Of a DNA stretch of 64,000 bases, positions 37,094-46,743 are shown one piece after another. This DNA comes from Candidatus Omnitrophota bacterium (GTDB taxonomy: Bacteria > Omnitrophota > Gorgyraeia > Gygaellales > Profunditerraquicolaceae): positions 135,992-199,991 of the forward strand of contig JBAZTA010000003.1 in NCBI GenBank assembly GCA_041662125.1. Reading direction: 5' to 3'. Made by a program: the position numbers and the translations under genes. Numbering within the stretch: position 1 is the stretch's first letter; each line of letters opens with the position of its first letter. The notes beneath the pieces were generated by a model. That model saw only the letters and a program-made list of their open reading frames with translations, had not been told where the DNA came from and ran no database searches.

Positions 37094-39025
37094 TCATACA
37101 CGGCATTTCGCTTTAATCCGGCAAATCTCATCCGCCCCATAAAGAGTGCGATAGCCGTTAATGATTCCCAAACACTTTTGTTTGAATAAACATTCCTTGC
37201 ATTCTTTTAGTTTGATAAATCTTTGGTCAAGCAGGTAAATCTTCATTGAGTCGGAGATTTCGTCAGCGCTTTTAATCAGGTCTTTTTGAACTTTTTGTAC
37301 AACACAAAGGGGAAAAGCGACTAAACAATTTATTCCCTGTAAAAGGCTTTTTATATCTGCGTATGAAGGCATGAGGTTTTGCAGAGGCATATTTGCTGTT
37401 TTCGGCCTTACCGGCAACGCGATAAAGGGTTTATTCATCTCTCCCTTGACAAATTCTTCTAAGGCTAAAAGATGCCCTATATTCTGTTTTAATACATTGG
37501 TATGGATATACGTGCGCGCGCCGTATTCTGCCGCGTTTTTTATCCCCCGTAAGACTTTCCGGTAACTGCCCCTGGTTCCAACAATAGTATCATGAACGCG
37601 CGGGTCATTGGAAAAAAGCGGAAGTGAGAATGAACTGGCCCCCCGCTGAATGAGGCAACGCGTAAACGCCTTATCTGCCAAGCATTCCCCGGAGGTCATG
37701 ATCTCTATAGTTTCAAAGCCGTTGGTTTTTGCAAGTTCGACTACTTCAAATATATCGTCATATAAAAGAGGATCGTTGCCGATAACGCAGAGCTTTTTCA
37801 CGCGCAGGACTCTGTTTTCTTTAAGCTTTATTTTGATCCTTAACAGGTCAGCCTGCCCTTCCCCTTGTTTTTTGGTACAAAAGATGCAATCGTTCGCGCA
37901 GGGCCCATCGATGTATAAAAATAAAGAATTGATGCTTAATTGTTTGCTCTGCTCTTTTTGAAGCTTGAAAGCACCTCGTATGAACGGGATGAGCGCAGGA
38001 TGTTCATTCGAGCGTAAGGCTTCCTGAGGAGCTGCGTTAAAGAAATCATCGAGTGTAATCCCTAAGTCAATATTATTATCTAAGATGTCACGTTGCTTCA
38101 AAGAGCAGGCTTTATTAAATATTTTATACAAGCTGTATTTGGTTTTAAAGAACGAATCAATGTGTTGTTCCTGAAAGACATCTCCCAGGAAATAATATTT
38201 GCGTAACTCAGGGAATGTTTTCTCCATAAAAATAGCGGCGTCAAAATACATCTTGCCGTCTGTATCTACTAATATTTCCTGGCTCAACATCGTAGGTTCG
38301 CAGTGGTTGGTAAAATTCATCAGAAAAGAACTGCTTGCGGGCAGAGCGCGTATTTTGGCAAGTTCATTTATGAGCCGGTCTTTTTCATCCTTGAGCCAGC
38401 GTATGCCGGTCTGATAACAGAGTTGGATCCTCTCCACCGCATGTGTTCGCAGGAAACATATACTCTTTAATAATTCAGTTGTGGTATCCGGGGCCACGAC
38501 CATATTGACAAAAAAAGGGATACCGGATTTCTTCAGGCATTCTAAATTAGCCAGGAGCGGCCCATAATAATCCTGTTTATGCAAAGCAAACCGGTGCCGC
38601 AAAGTCAAGCGCCGGCCTCCGTCTAAAGAAAACATGATCTCGACCGGATATTTTTTAAGGAAGCTGATTTTTTTACTATCAAGGAGCAGGCCGTTCGTGG
38701 TTATCATAAAGGTGATCTTTTTTTTTCGTTTGAACGCCTGTTTTTGCGCGTATACAATTGCATCTTTGATGAAATCCCATTGTAATAACGGTTCCCCTCC
38801 CCAAAACCTAAGCCTGCATTCCGCTTCGTGAGTGCTTAAAAGTAGCGCTACCGCTTTGCGTAAGACAGGCCTGGTCATTGATGAGCTTGTGCGTCGTATT
38901 TCGCAATAATCACAGTTTAATTGGCAACGATAGGTACACATGATCATCAGGCTGTTAACGTACGTATGGTGTTGGGGTTCTAAAGAATCTCTCGTTATAT
39001 CAATAGTCAGGGTTTTTTTCTGCAT
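37094..39025 (-). CDS. double radical SAM fusion protein (type A N-domain plus type B C-domain)
   Basis: 643 aa. N-domain 'CTYRCQLNCDYC' and 'WGGEPLL' is a paralog of the 39970..41187 ORF. C-domain 'CANDCIFC' with terminal 'CKECLFKQKCLG' is a paralog of the 300-aa type B enzymes. Confidence 0.8.
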   Translation of the reverse strand: MQKKTLTIDITRDSLEPQHHTYVNSLMIMCTYRCQLNCDYCEIRRTSSSMTRPVLRKAVALLLSTHEAECRLRFWGGEPLLQWDFIKDAIVYAQKQAFKRKKKITFMITTNGLLLDSKKISFLKKYPVEIMFSLDGGRRLTLRHRFALHKQDYYGPLLANLECLKKSGIPFFVNMVVAPDTTTELLKSICFLRTHAVERIQLCYQTGIRWLKDEKDRLINELAKIRALPASSSFLMNFTNHCEPTMLSQEILVDTDGKMYFDAAIFMEKTFPELRKYYFLGDVFQEQHIDSFFKTKYSLYKIFNKACSLKQRDILDNNIDLGITLDDFFNAAPQEALRSNEHPALIPFIRGAFKLQKEQSKQLSINSLFLYIDGPCANDCIFCTKKQGEGQADLLRIKIKLKENRVLRVKKLCVIGNDPLLYDDIFEVVELAKTNGFETIEIMTSGECLADKAFTRCLIQRGASSFSLPLFSNDPRVHDTIVGTRGSYRKVLRGIKNAAEYGARTYIHTNVLKQNIGHLLALEEFVKGEMNKPFIALPVRPKTANMPLQNLMPSYADIKSLLQGINCLVAFPLCVVQKVQKDLIKSADEISDSMKIYLLDQRFIKLKECKECLFKQKCLGIINGYRTLYGADEICRIKAKCRV

Positions 39026-39100
39026 AGTATTTCCTTAGCCTTCCGACAGGGCATATGCTTTTATCTTTTGTTCAGGCTTATAGCTATTCTAAAACAATGA

Positions 39101-39979
39101 TTAATCTGTGAAATAACGTTTTTGCAGCCCCTTGCAGGAGTGCGCAAAACGGCAATCGACGCAAAATGGCCTTTTACTGAATAGCCTGTTGAATTTAGAC
39201 ATATAGGCTGATTTCTTTGTTTTTGCTTGGATCAAAGTATCTACTTCATGATTTTCTCTTATACTGGCCGGGTGAAAACCTTTAAGGTCGTTTTGCCTGC
39301 GGTTGGCTGATTCAGGATACAGTAAGCAGGGCGCAAAACCGCGAAAGACTATGCGAGCCTGGCGCAGGCCAAGAGTGCGTATACGGGTCAAATAATCTTT
39401 GATTTCCGGCAAACTCAAATGGCTCGCCTTGCCCTTTGGTATGATTTCTTCGGCGATTATAAAATCCCTGATTGATGCTTTATAGAGTGAAGTAATTGTT
39501 TTTTCCAAATCGCGATAATTAAAAGAGCTCAATACAGTGTTGATCCGTATCGAAATATCGAACTTTTTACGCAATGCGATAAGGTTGCGGATACCCGCTT
39601 TTGTTTCCCGGCAGCTTCCTGTTCTTTGAGTTATTCGATCATGTGTTATATCCCGTACGCTATACAAGGAAACCGCGAATTCATTGACACCAGCGATCAA
39701 TAAATCGCGGGTGAAAGCGGGGTTTTTCAATAATCGCGCGTTCGTGATGATTCCTATTGCACGAAAACCCCTTATTTTGCAGTGTTTAACTATTCGTATC
39801 AGCCCGCGCAACATCGTTACTTCCCCGCCGGTAAGGGTGATCGTCTGGCTTGTTTCTCGCGTCTTATTGATACTATGGTAAATTTGCTTAAGGGAGTTGC
39901 AACTGATAATGGCATGGAACTCATGCCGGGGGCAAAACAAACAATCATTATTGCACTTCAGGCTTAAGGTTATATCCAT
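39101..39979 (-). CDS. radical SAM enzyme, type B paralog
   Basis: 292 aa. 'CNNDCLFC', 'TGGEVT', and C-terminal 'CVDCRFAHSCKG' are present. Confidence 0.8.
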   Translation of the reverse strand: MDITLSLKCNNDCLFCPRHEFHAIISCNSLKQIYHSINKTRETSQTITLTGGEVTMLRGLIRIVKHCKIRGFRAIGIITNARLLKNPAFTRDLLIAGVNEFAVSLYSVRDITHDRITQRTGSCRETKAGIRNLIALRKKFDISIRINTVLSSFNYRDLEKTITSLYKASIRDFIIAEEIIPKGKASHLSLPEIKDYLTRIRTLGLRQARIVFRGFAPCLLYPESANRRQNDLKGFHPASIRENHEVDTLIQAKTKKSAYMSKFNRLFSKRPFCVDCRFAHSCKGLQKRYFTD

Positions 39980-41187
39980 AATTTCTTAATGAATATGCTA
40001 TATTGTGATCCAAGGTTTATGTTGTTGAGGATAATTTTCCTCATGCCTTGCCCCCCTGCACCATAGGCTCTTGATAAAAGGTAGAAATTAGTTAGTGGGC
40101 TTACGCTTAAAAGATTAATATTGCCTGCTTTTTTTACGTCTGTGACAAAGAACTTTTTTTTCATTGATTTAAAATCTTCTTCCAGGCATATCCCTGTTTC
40201 CCGGAAAATCTCTCCGTTACAGTCAACGGTGAGCTCCGCGTTTAACACGACAGGCTCTTTTCTTTCATCAGAAAAATTTAAAAACTTGATTTCTTTGTGC
40301 TTGCGCAGATAGCGAGCGATCTTCGCGGTCTCTTTAAAAAGTGTCGCTACAGCATTGTCAGGCCAGAAAACGCCAAGCGCGTAATTAGCCTGAAGTTTTT
40401 TGAACCCGAGTTTAACGAGGTATTTAAAACTTTCAAATAGTTTGCCGGCATCCTGAGGCATGAAAACGCTGATCGAATAATGAGGGAGCGTTGAATCAAA
40501 CAAAGCAGAGAAGTTCTTTGTAACAATGTCATAATAATTGTTTTCGTTTCGATGCCCCCTGTTCTTAAGTTGACGCTGTATTTCCCCGTCAATACTGCAT
40601 TCGACGCAAAAATTGTGTTTGGAGAAATAATCGATGGTTTCTTTCGTTAAACAAATGCCGTTTGTGGTCAAAAGAAAACTCACGGTTTTTTTTACAGCAG
40701 GCTTCAGGCTCCGGGCGTATGCAACGGCTTTTTTTATAAGGTCAAAGCGTAAAAGCGGTTCTCCGCCGAAAAATTGCAGTTGGATATGCCTGCGGTTACT
40801 GGTAAAGAGCAGATCTATGGATTGACGTAATACCCTCTCATCCATGGAGTCAGTGTACTTTTTCACCCGGCAGTAGCGGCAGCGCAACTGGCAGCGGTGA
40901 GTCAACAGGACGATTAACCGCTCAGGCGGCTGAAAGATCCTTTCTTCAAGCAGGCTGGCCGCAAGCATGCGCGTCCGAAGCAGCCTTTTATAAACTAAAC
41001 CCCGCAGATCATGGTATCGATTAACAAGAATTTCCAGCTGTTTTACTGTCTTGTTTGCTTTGTTTTCTAAAAGCAAACATTCTTTCTTGACCAAGAGCGA
41101 GTACAGTATGGATTCCGCGCGCTCCAGTTTTCTTATGTCAAAATCAAAGATAAATGATTGTAACAAGCCTTCAATTCGATTGACCAT
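39970..41187 (-). CDS. radical SAM enzyme, type A (stand-alone)
   Basis: 405 aa. 'LTHRCQLRCRYC' and 'FGGEPLLRFDL' are present. It aligns by eye with the N-domains of 37094..39025 and 44873..46660 and with the C-domain of 41171..43948. Confidence 0.8.
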   Translation of the reverse strand: MVNRIEGLLQSFIFDFDIRKLERAESILYSLLVKKECLLLENKANKTVKQLEILVNRYHDLRGLVYKRLLRTRMLAASLLEERIFQPPERLIVLLTHRCQLRCRYCRVKKYTDSMDERVLRQSIDLLFTSNRRHIQLQFFGGEPLLRFDLIKKAVAYARSLKPAVKKTVSFLLTTNGICLTKETIDYFSKHNFCVECSIDGEIQRQLKNRGHRNENNYYDIVTKNFSALFDSTLPHYSISVFMPQDAGKLFESFKYLVKLGFKKLQANYALGVFWPDNAVATLFKETAKIARYLRKHKEIKFLNFSDERKEPVVLNAELTVDCNGEIFRETGICLEEDFKSMKKKFFVTDVKKAGNINLLSVSPLTNFYLLSRAYGAGGQGMRKIILNNINLGSQYSIFIKKLWI

Positions 41188-43948
41188 TTTTCTTGAAATA
41201 TGCCCCGGTTAATTTGCCCATGGTAATATTATTTAAAATTACTTCTTTGCTGTGGGTATCCTGGTAATAGTTTAAGAGATGGTATAAAATCAGGAATTTA
41301 GAGATCACGATATCATTTATATCCCTACAGGCTGCAATGGTAGTAACCGGCGGGAGGCGTGATTTTGTTTTATTTTCGAATAATAAATCAGTCAAAAAAT
41401 AGATCGAGCCATCACAATCGACCATTATCTCTGCGTTTAAGACCGCCGGTTCAACCCGTGACCCCCCATTGCTTAATCGAACAATGCCTTTTTTAATAAA
41501 CCGGCCGGCTTTCTTTTGAATGATATCAAGTTCGCGAAAAAAAATCTTTCGGGAAGCTTCGTCCCAGATAGTGCCGAGGGAATAATTAATCCCGATATTC
41601 CTGATGCCTAACGTCAAAAGATGGTAGAAATTGCGTGAAAGGTGTTTCACTGTCCCGGGAGTAGTGACCATGACTGCATAATGCGGGATATTCCGGCATA
41701 AGATATACTGCAGCCGGGATGTTGTCACTTGATACGGATTCTTGACGCGCGAGCAGGCTTTATTGCGGTTATGGAATGATTCTTCGCCGTCAATTGATAA
41801 TTCAAGAAAAATATCTTCTTTTGCCAGGAAATCAGCTATCTCTTTGTTAAGCGCTATAAGGTTGGATACCAGGTAAAAGGATATCTTCTTATTCTTTTTC
41901 TGAGCGATCTTTTTTGCGTAGTGTACTCCTTGTTTGAGGAGATCAAAGCGTAATAAAGGCTCTCCTCCCGTGAAATCAAGCCTCAAATGCTGCCTTCGGG
42001 AAGTAAAGAGCAAATCGATCGATTTACGCAACGTATTTTCATCCATATCAGCATTGCGCTTGGTGATTGGGCAATAGGCGCAGCGCAACTGGCATCTTCT
42101 GGTGAGCATCAGTTGGATATTACATCTGCTATTCCCGATTCCTCTGCCGGTTTTTTTGCGGATAATTTCTGGGTATGAGGCGAATTCATCGATTACGCGC
42201 GTTATCGCATCTTTTGCAGTCGGCAGGCGCTCCTTGAGCAAAAGCAATTCAAAAAGAAAATCATCAAGAATTTTGATGTAATCCGCCTCTGACCTAAAAA
42301 GGCCATCTAAAAAAGGTATCATTGCCTTGACCGCTTTATCCATAGGTATGTCATGGTTAATGAGAGGATAATCAAACTCGGGGTACCCCTTGACAGTCAG
42401 CTTTCTGGTAACAGCTAAGTATCTGTTGAGATTGTTTAAGCGAGCGATCCTATAGCTGGCAGAAGGAAAAAGCGAGACTAAATACGGGATGATCGGCGTT
42501 AGGATCCCAAAAAACCTGCCGCATGAAATTTGAAATTGCGCTATCGATATTAAATTAACGACAATGTTTTTAAGCGATGTTGCATGATTACTGGCGATAA
42601 AATGGTGGCTTTGATTGATTTTCTTTCTCGATAATACGCGTACTACTTTTTCGATTTTTACAGCAGTATAGCCTTTTCCCAGCCTTTGTAACTCTTCGTC
42701 GCAAAAATTTTCAGACCCCAGGTATATATTTTGCTGTTTTCGGGAAAAAGCAGAGGCAGATATATGCGTGAGCAGTTTTGTATCAAGCGAGGCAGTCCTG
42801 CGTCCGCGCTTTACGGTATAAAATGAATTAATTCCCGCTTGGAAAAAATTGACTTTAAAAGGCGTGCGGGGAAGGTAATCGAAGAATAACGCCGCTCTTT
42901 TGGCATCAGCAAAGAAATCGTCGTCATGGAATGAGATCTGGAGGGCAGTTTGAGGAATTGACCGCGGAAAAAGATGCTTAAGCCGGCTGTAATAATCCTT
43001 AAGGATGAGTTTTATGTTTTGAAAACTTTTACCGCAGTACTGCCCTTTCCCGGGAGTTGTGCAAAAAAAACAATTATTAAAACAGCCGCGGGAAGTGTAC
43101 AGGTTTATTCCCTCCTGCACATTTTCCTTCTCGATAAAACTAAAATCAAGAATTGAGGCGTCATAATTTTTAAGGCAATTTACTTTATCGAGGTTAGCAA
43201 TAATGAGCTGGGATGAATTCTGAAATATAAAGCCGTTAAGCTGCAAAAGGCTTTCTATGCGCGCCTGGGATAAGGCGCTATCTGGATGAAATCCGGTTAA
43301 ACATTTGACGATTTGAGGAAAAATGTACTCACCGCTGCCTCTTACTAAAAAATTGACACGGGGTAAATGGATGAAGGTGTGCTCAGGTGTGAGTGTCGGC
43401 ATAACACCTCCGACTCCAATAAAAGAGCGTGTTCGCCGCGATAGAAAATCGATCAATGCTTTCACCTGGCGGAAATAATCTTCACAAAGGCTGATTCCGA
43501 CGCAGAGTATATCCGGATTATTCATTAAGAGCGTTTCTAATTCGTTTTTTCCGGTAATAAACTTATCTGGATCAAGGGAAACTTTTGCGTCACTGAGAAG
43601 AACGGATATTCCCGATTTTTTTAAACCCGAAGCTAAGTATAAAGTGCCCGCGCTTATCCAATTTGTATTTTCTTTATTGCCTGAATTGTAAATATTCTTA
43701 AAGAGGAGCACTTTGGGTACGCGCAGCTTGTAGCCGGATGTCCGCTTCTTTTCTTTATGATGAGCCTGTTTGCCTGTTGAAAGTTCGATGATCGCAGGCG
43801 TGCCACTTTTTTTATAATACGTATTCGCAATTTTAAGCAGGTAAGCATTTTGAAGCTGGCAGTAGCCTTGCGTGCCGTTAAAACACAGGGAACCTGAAAA
43901 TGCAACGCTATCAGTTAGTTTGAGGCAGAGAGATTTTTTACGAAGCAT
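41171..43948 (-). CDS. tri-domain protein: B12-binding domain, class-B-like radical SAM, and type A radical SAM
   Basis: 925 aa. The N-terminal Rossmann-like cobalamin-binding region ('VLLFKNIYN...LYLASGLKKSGISVLL...IGVGGVMPTLTPEH') is followed by 'YTSRGCFNNCFFCTTPG'. Near residue 600 a second core starts: 'LTRRCQLRCAYC', 'FTGGEPLLRFDL'. Confidence 0.75.
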   Translation of the reverse strand: MLRKKSLCLKLTDSVAFSGSLCFNGTQGYCQLQNAYLLKIANTYYKKSGTPAIIELSTGKQAHHKEKKRTSGYKLRVPKVLLFKNIYNSGNKENTNWISAGTLYLASGLKKSGISVLLSDAKVSLDPDKFITGKNELETLLMNNPDILCVGISLCEDYFRQVKALIDFLSRRTRSFIGVGGVMPTLTPEHTFIHLPRVNFLVRGSGEYIFPQIVKCLTGFHPDSALSQARIESLLQLNGFIFQNSSQLIIANLDKVNCLKNYDASILDFSFIEKENVQEGINLYTSRGCFNNCFFCTTPGKGQYCGKSFQNIKLILKDYYSRLKHLFPRSIPQTALQISFHDDDFFADAKRAALFFDYLPRTPFKVNFFQAGINSFYTVKRGRRTASLDTKLLTHISASAFSRKQQNIYLGSENFCDEELQRLGKGYTAVKIEKVVRVLSRKKINQSHHFIASNHATSLKNIVVNLISIAQFQISCGRFFGILTPIIPYLVSLFPSASYRIARLNNLNRYLAVTRKLTVKGYPEFDYPLINHDIPMDKAVKAMIPFLDGLFRSEADYIKILDDFLFELLLLKERLPTAKDAITRVIDEFASYPEIIRKKTGRGIGNSRCNIQLMLTRRCQLRCAYCPITKRNADMDENTLRKSIDLLFTSRRQHLRLDFTGGEPLLRFDLLKQGVHYAKKIAQKKNKKISFYLVSNLIALNKEIADFLAKEDIFLELSIDGEESFHNRNKACSRVKNPYQVTTSRLQYILCRNIPHYAVMVTTPGTVKHLSRNFYHLLTLGIRNIGINYSLGTIWDEASRKIFFRELDIIQKKAGRFIKKGIVRLSNGGSRVEPAVLNAEIMVDCDGSIYFLTDLLFENKTKSRLPPVTTIAACRDINDIVISKFLILYHLLNYYQDTHSKEVILNNITMGKLTGAYFKKNGQSN

Positions 43949-43971
43949 TGTATAATCAAATCGTTTTAAAA

Positions 43972-44886
43972 CTACTCAATTACTGGTTTAAATTCAACCC
44001 AACCGTTTCGTTTTATATATGGTTCCCAGACGCCATCACAGATGGTAGCGTAAATACATTTTTCACAAGAAACCCCTTTTATTCTTTTGGGGTTCCTGCG
44101 TTCAACCCTCACATTTTTATTTTTGCTTAATAAAATCGATTCGAAGCTACCCAAGAGGTTCTCAAATCCTCTTAATACGCATGCCGGTAACCCAACGATA
44201 CCTATGCCGACCCTGCGATGTGATCTGGCATCAAGTTTTAACGCAGTAACGGAATTCTTAAAAGCTTCGGCCAAAAACGTGTAGTTAGGGCTCAAACGGT
44301 TTAAAAAAAACAATCCATTGCCAGCGGGTATAACGCAATTTACACCGATACTTTCTACAGATTTAAAACCGAGCGCTAAACGATAAAAATCAATCAGGTT
44401 AGAAGCATTTATCGCATTAAGCGTTATATTAATCCGCCAAATAAAATTGTTTGTTTGTCTTAAAATATCAAGATTCCCGCAGGCTTTCGTTGTTTGTTCA
44501 AAACTCCCCTTGGTACGGGTTAAGGCATCATGAATTTTACTGGTACTCCCATGGAGAGAGACTATTATTTCAGTAATCCCGCTTGATAACAAGGCTTTTG
44601 CATAGTGTATATAGCTCAGGCGCCTCGCGTTGGTGATCAAGCGGATGTTTGAATAACCTGCTGCCCTCGCAGTTTTTATATACTCTGTGAGAGAGTCATT
44701 GACGGTTGGTTCAGGCCCTGTGAAAATAATGTTTTTTGTCCTGCGGACGCCTTTTTTTAAAAGCTGATGAAGCTGACGGGGTGATTTCGCAGTACTGCTA
44801 TGATTAACCTTATCGATGCAAAACAAGCAATTGTTATTACAGCGGTCATTAATAATACACTGGAGCGTAACTTCATTTTGCAGCAT
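43972..44886 (-). CDS. radical SAM enzyme, type B paralog
   Basis: 304 aa. 'CNNNCLFC', 'TGPEPTV', and C-terminal 'CEKCIYATICDG' are present. Confidence 0.8.
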   Translation of the reverse strand: MLQNEVTLQCIINDRCNNNCLFCIDKVNHSSTAKSPRQLHQLLKKGVRRTKNIIFTGPEPTVNDSLTEYIKTARAAGYSNIRLITNARRLSYIHYAKALLSSGITEIIVSLHGSTSKIHDALTRTKGSFEQTTKACGNLDILRQTNNFIWRINITLNAINASNLIDFYRLALGFKSVESIGVNCVIPAGNGLFFLNRLSPNYTFLAEAFKNSVTALKLDARSHRRVGIGIVGLPACVLRGFENLLGSFESILLSKNKNVRVERRNPKRIKGVSCEKCIYATICDGVWEPYIKRNGWVEFKPVIE

Positions 44887-46660
44887 GGGTGCCTTTCACC
44901 GGGACAAATTCATTCCAACCGAAAAAAGCGGGATATTCAATCCACGTTCCTTCACAGCGGGCATAATAGATGCAGTTTTTGCAGTTTTCTGCTTTAGTTT
45001 TTGCTAAGCCAGGACGAAGCTTGTCAAAATCAATTATTTCGTCAGGAAACTCGTAGATTTTAGTAGACGGGATACAGCGTTCCGCGATAAACCTGTTATA
45101 AGAACCCAGCATGCAAGAGGGTATTGCTTCAGTCATTACCGTAATACCGGCGTTTATGCCGATGGTTAGGGCTTCTTTGATATAGGGGATCACTAAGCTC
45201 ATGCGCGGGACTATAGAATTGAAATTTTCAGCGGCAGAGCCGAGCGCATGGACGAAAGCTAACTGGAACTGTTTTACCCCCAGATATACCAAAAGCCGCG
45301 CGATTTCAGGAAGCTGCCGATAATTCGATTGAGTAATAACCGTGTTTGAATAAACCGGTACGTTAAGCTTGGTCAAATTTGTAATTGCTTTGACGGTTTG
45401 AGCAAAACTTCCCGGGGTAGATGTAAGATAATCATGCATCGCAGGAATATGCCCGTGAATGGCGACCCCAAATTCATTGGCGCCTGAATCGATTGTTTTA
45501 ACACAAAAATCTTTATACGCGAACATGCGGGCGTTCGTCTGGATCTGTATCCTGCGGTAACCCAATTTCTTTGCAAAGCTCACAAGCGTAAAAAAATCCT
45601 CACGGATCGTAGGCTCGCCTCCGGTGAAAACAACTCCGTTAGAAGTTGCCCGCGCTTCTCGCAGTATTTTCTGAACATCGTGCGTTGACTTATCCTGCAG
45701 TATTTCTTTTTTCTTGCCTTGAACGCAGAATTTACAATTGTTATTGCACGAATATCCGATTTTAATATCCGCCCGAACGATCTTGATCTTGAGGCTATCC
45801 ACAAAATTACACAATAACCGGTCAACAATGTAGGTATCGCTTATGATATCTTTGGAAAAGGCCTTTTTGATTATTATCGGCATTTGGCGCGCATCAAAGC
45901 GCAATGCGCTATTCGATATAGAATTGACGTGCCCAAGAAATAACTTATTTTTTTCGTTAGCCATGTTCTTAAAAAGGACGCAATTGCTTGCGTAGAAGTT
46001 TCCAAAGGGATCACAGGTCAGCCCGGTATTAAAAAGCGGGACATCTCCTTTTACCTCTGAATTCTTAAAATAGATTTCTGGTTTGTCGCATGCAAACAGA
46101 GAGATCTTTTTGAATTGGCGTTCTAAGTTTTTTATGTGGAGCCCCTTCCAGTCCACATAGTAATTCGGTAAAATGTTAAAACGCCTGAAACCTGACGCAT
46201 AGAGTTTTTTGAAATCAGAAAAAGCATGACAGGCGCCTTTTGGCGTGATATTAACGGTAATGGTTAAGAAAGGATACTTGGGAAGCGTAAGCGTGGCTTT
46301 GATTTTCTTGATATGGTAGGAATCAACCACGATTTCTATCTCGTGTTTCAAGCAAAATTTCACTATTGTTTCATCAATGAGAGTGCCATTGGTAGCCAGG
46401 ACAAAATTGATTCTTTTATGGAGCCGGCGCGCAATATGATCCGCGTAGATGACTATATCTTTGAGCAGCGAAACCTCAAGAAGCGGTTCTCCTCCAAAAA
46501 ACTTTATCGTCTTCTGTTCTCCGTGAGTCTGTAAAAAGAACAAAACCGCTTTCCGGGCGATCTCCTTTTTTATTGAAATATTTGTTTTCTCGATGCCGCA
46601 AAAAGAACAGCCTTCGTTGCAATTTTGAGTTAAAACAAGAGTCAGGAAAGTATTGTCCAC
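44873..46660 (-). CDS. double radical SAM fusion protein (type A N-domain plus type B C-domain)
   Basis: 595 aa. N-domain 'CNEGCSFC'/'FGGEPLL'. C-domain 'CNNNCKFC'/'TGGEPTI' with terminal 'CKNCIYYARCEG'. Confidence 0.8.
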   Translation of the reverse strand: MDNTFLTLVLTQNCNEGCSFCGIEKTNISIKKEIARKAVLFFLQTHGEQKTIKFFGGEPLLEVSLLKDIVIYADHIARRLHKRINFVLATNGTLIDETIVKFCLKHEIEIVVDSYHIKKIKATLTLPKYPFLTITVNITPKGACHAFSDFKKLYASGFRRFNILPNYYVDWKGLHIKNLERQFKKISLFACDKPEIYFKNSEVKGDVPLFNTGLTCDPFGNFYASNCVLFKNMANEKNKLFLGHVNSISNSALRFDARQMPIIIKKAFSKDIISDTYIVDRLLCNFVDSLKIKIVRADIKIGYSCNNNCKFCVQGKKKEILQDKSTHDVQKILREARATSNGVVFTGGEPTIREDFFTLVSFAKKLGYRRIQIQTNARMFAYKDFCVKTIDSGANEFGVAIHGHIPAMHDYLTSTPGSFAQTVKAITNLTKLNVPVYSNTVITQSNYRQLPEIARLLVYLGVKQFQLAFVHALGSAAENFNSIVPRMSLVIPYIKEALTIGINAGITVMTEAIPSCMLGSYNRFIAERCIPSTKIYEFPDEIIDFDKLRPGLAKTKAENCKNCIYYARCEGTWIEYPAFFGWNEFVPVKGTHAAK

Positions 46661-46743
46661 GTATGTATAACGGATTTATAAGGTTACGTACGTTTGGCAC
46701 CCGTGTAGCTAAATGCAGGGATTAACACAATGAATGTAAGCAG

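Noticed and set aside
35422-42178. Several 60-110-aa plus-strand ORFs inside the radical SAM array (35422..35757, 37650..37961, 38199..38414, 41987..42178 and others)
   Set aside because: All are antisense to long minus-strand rSAM genes with clear catalytic motifs. No independent support exists.
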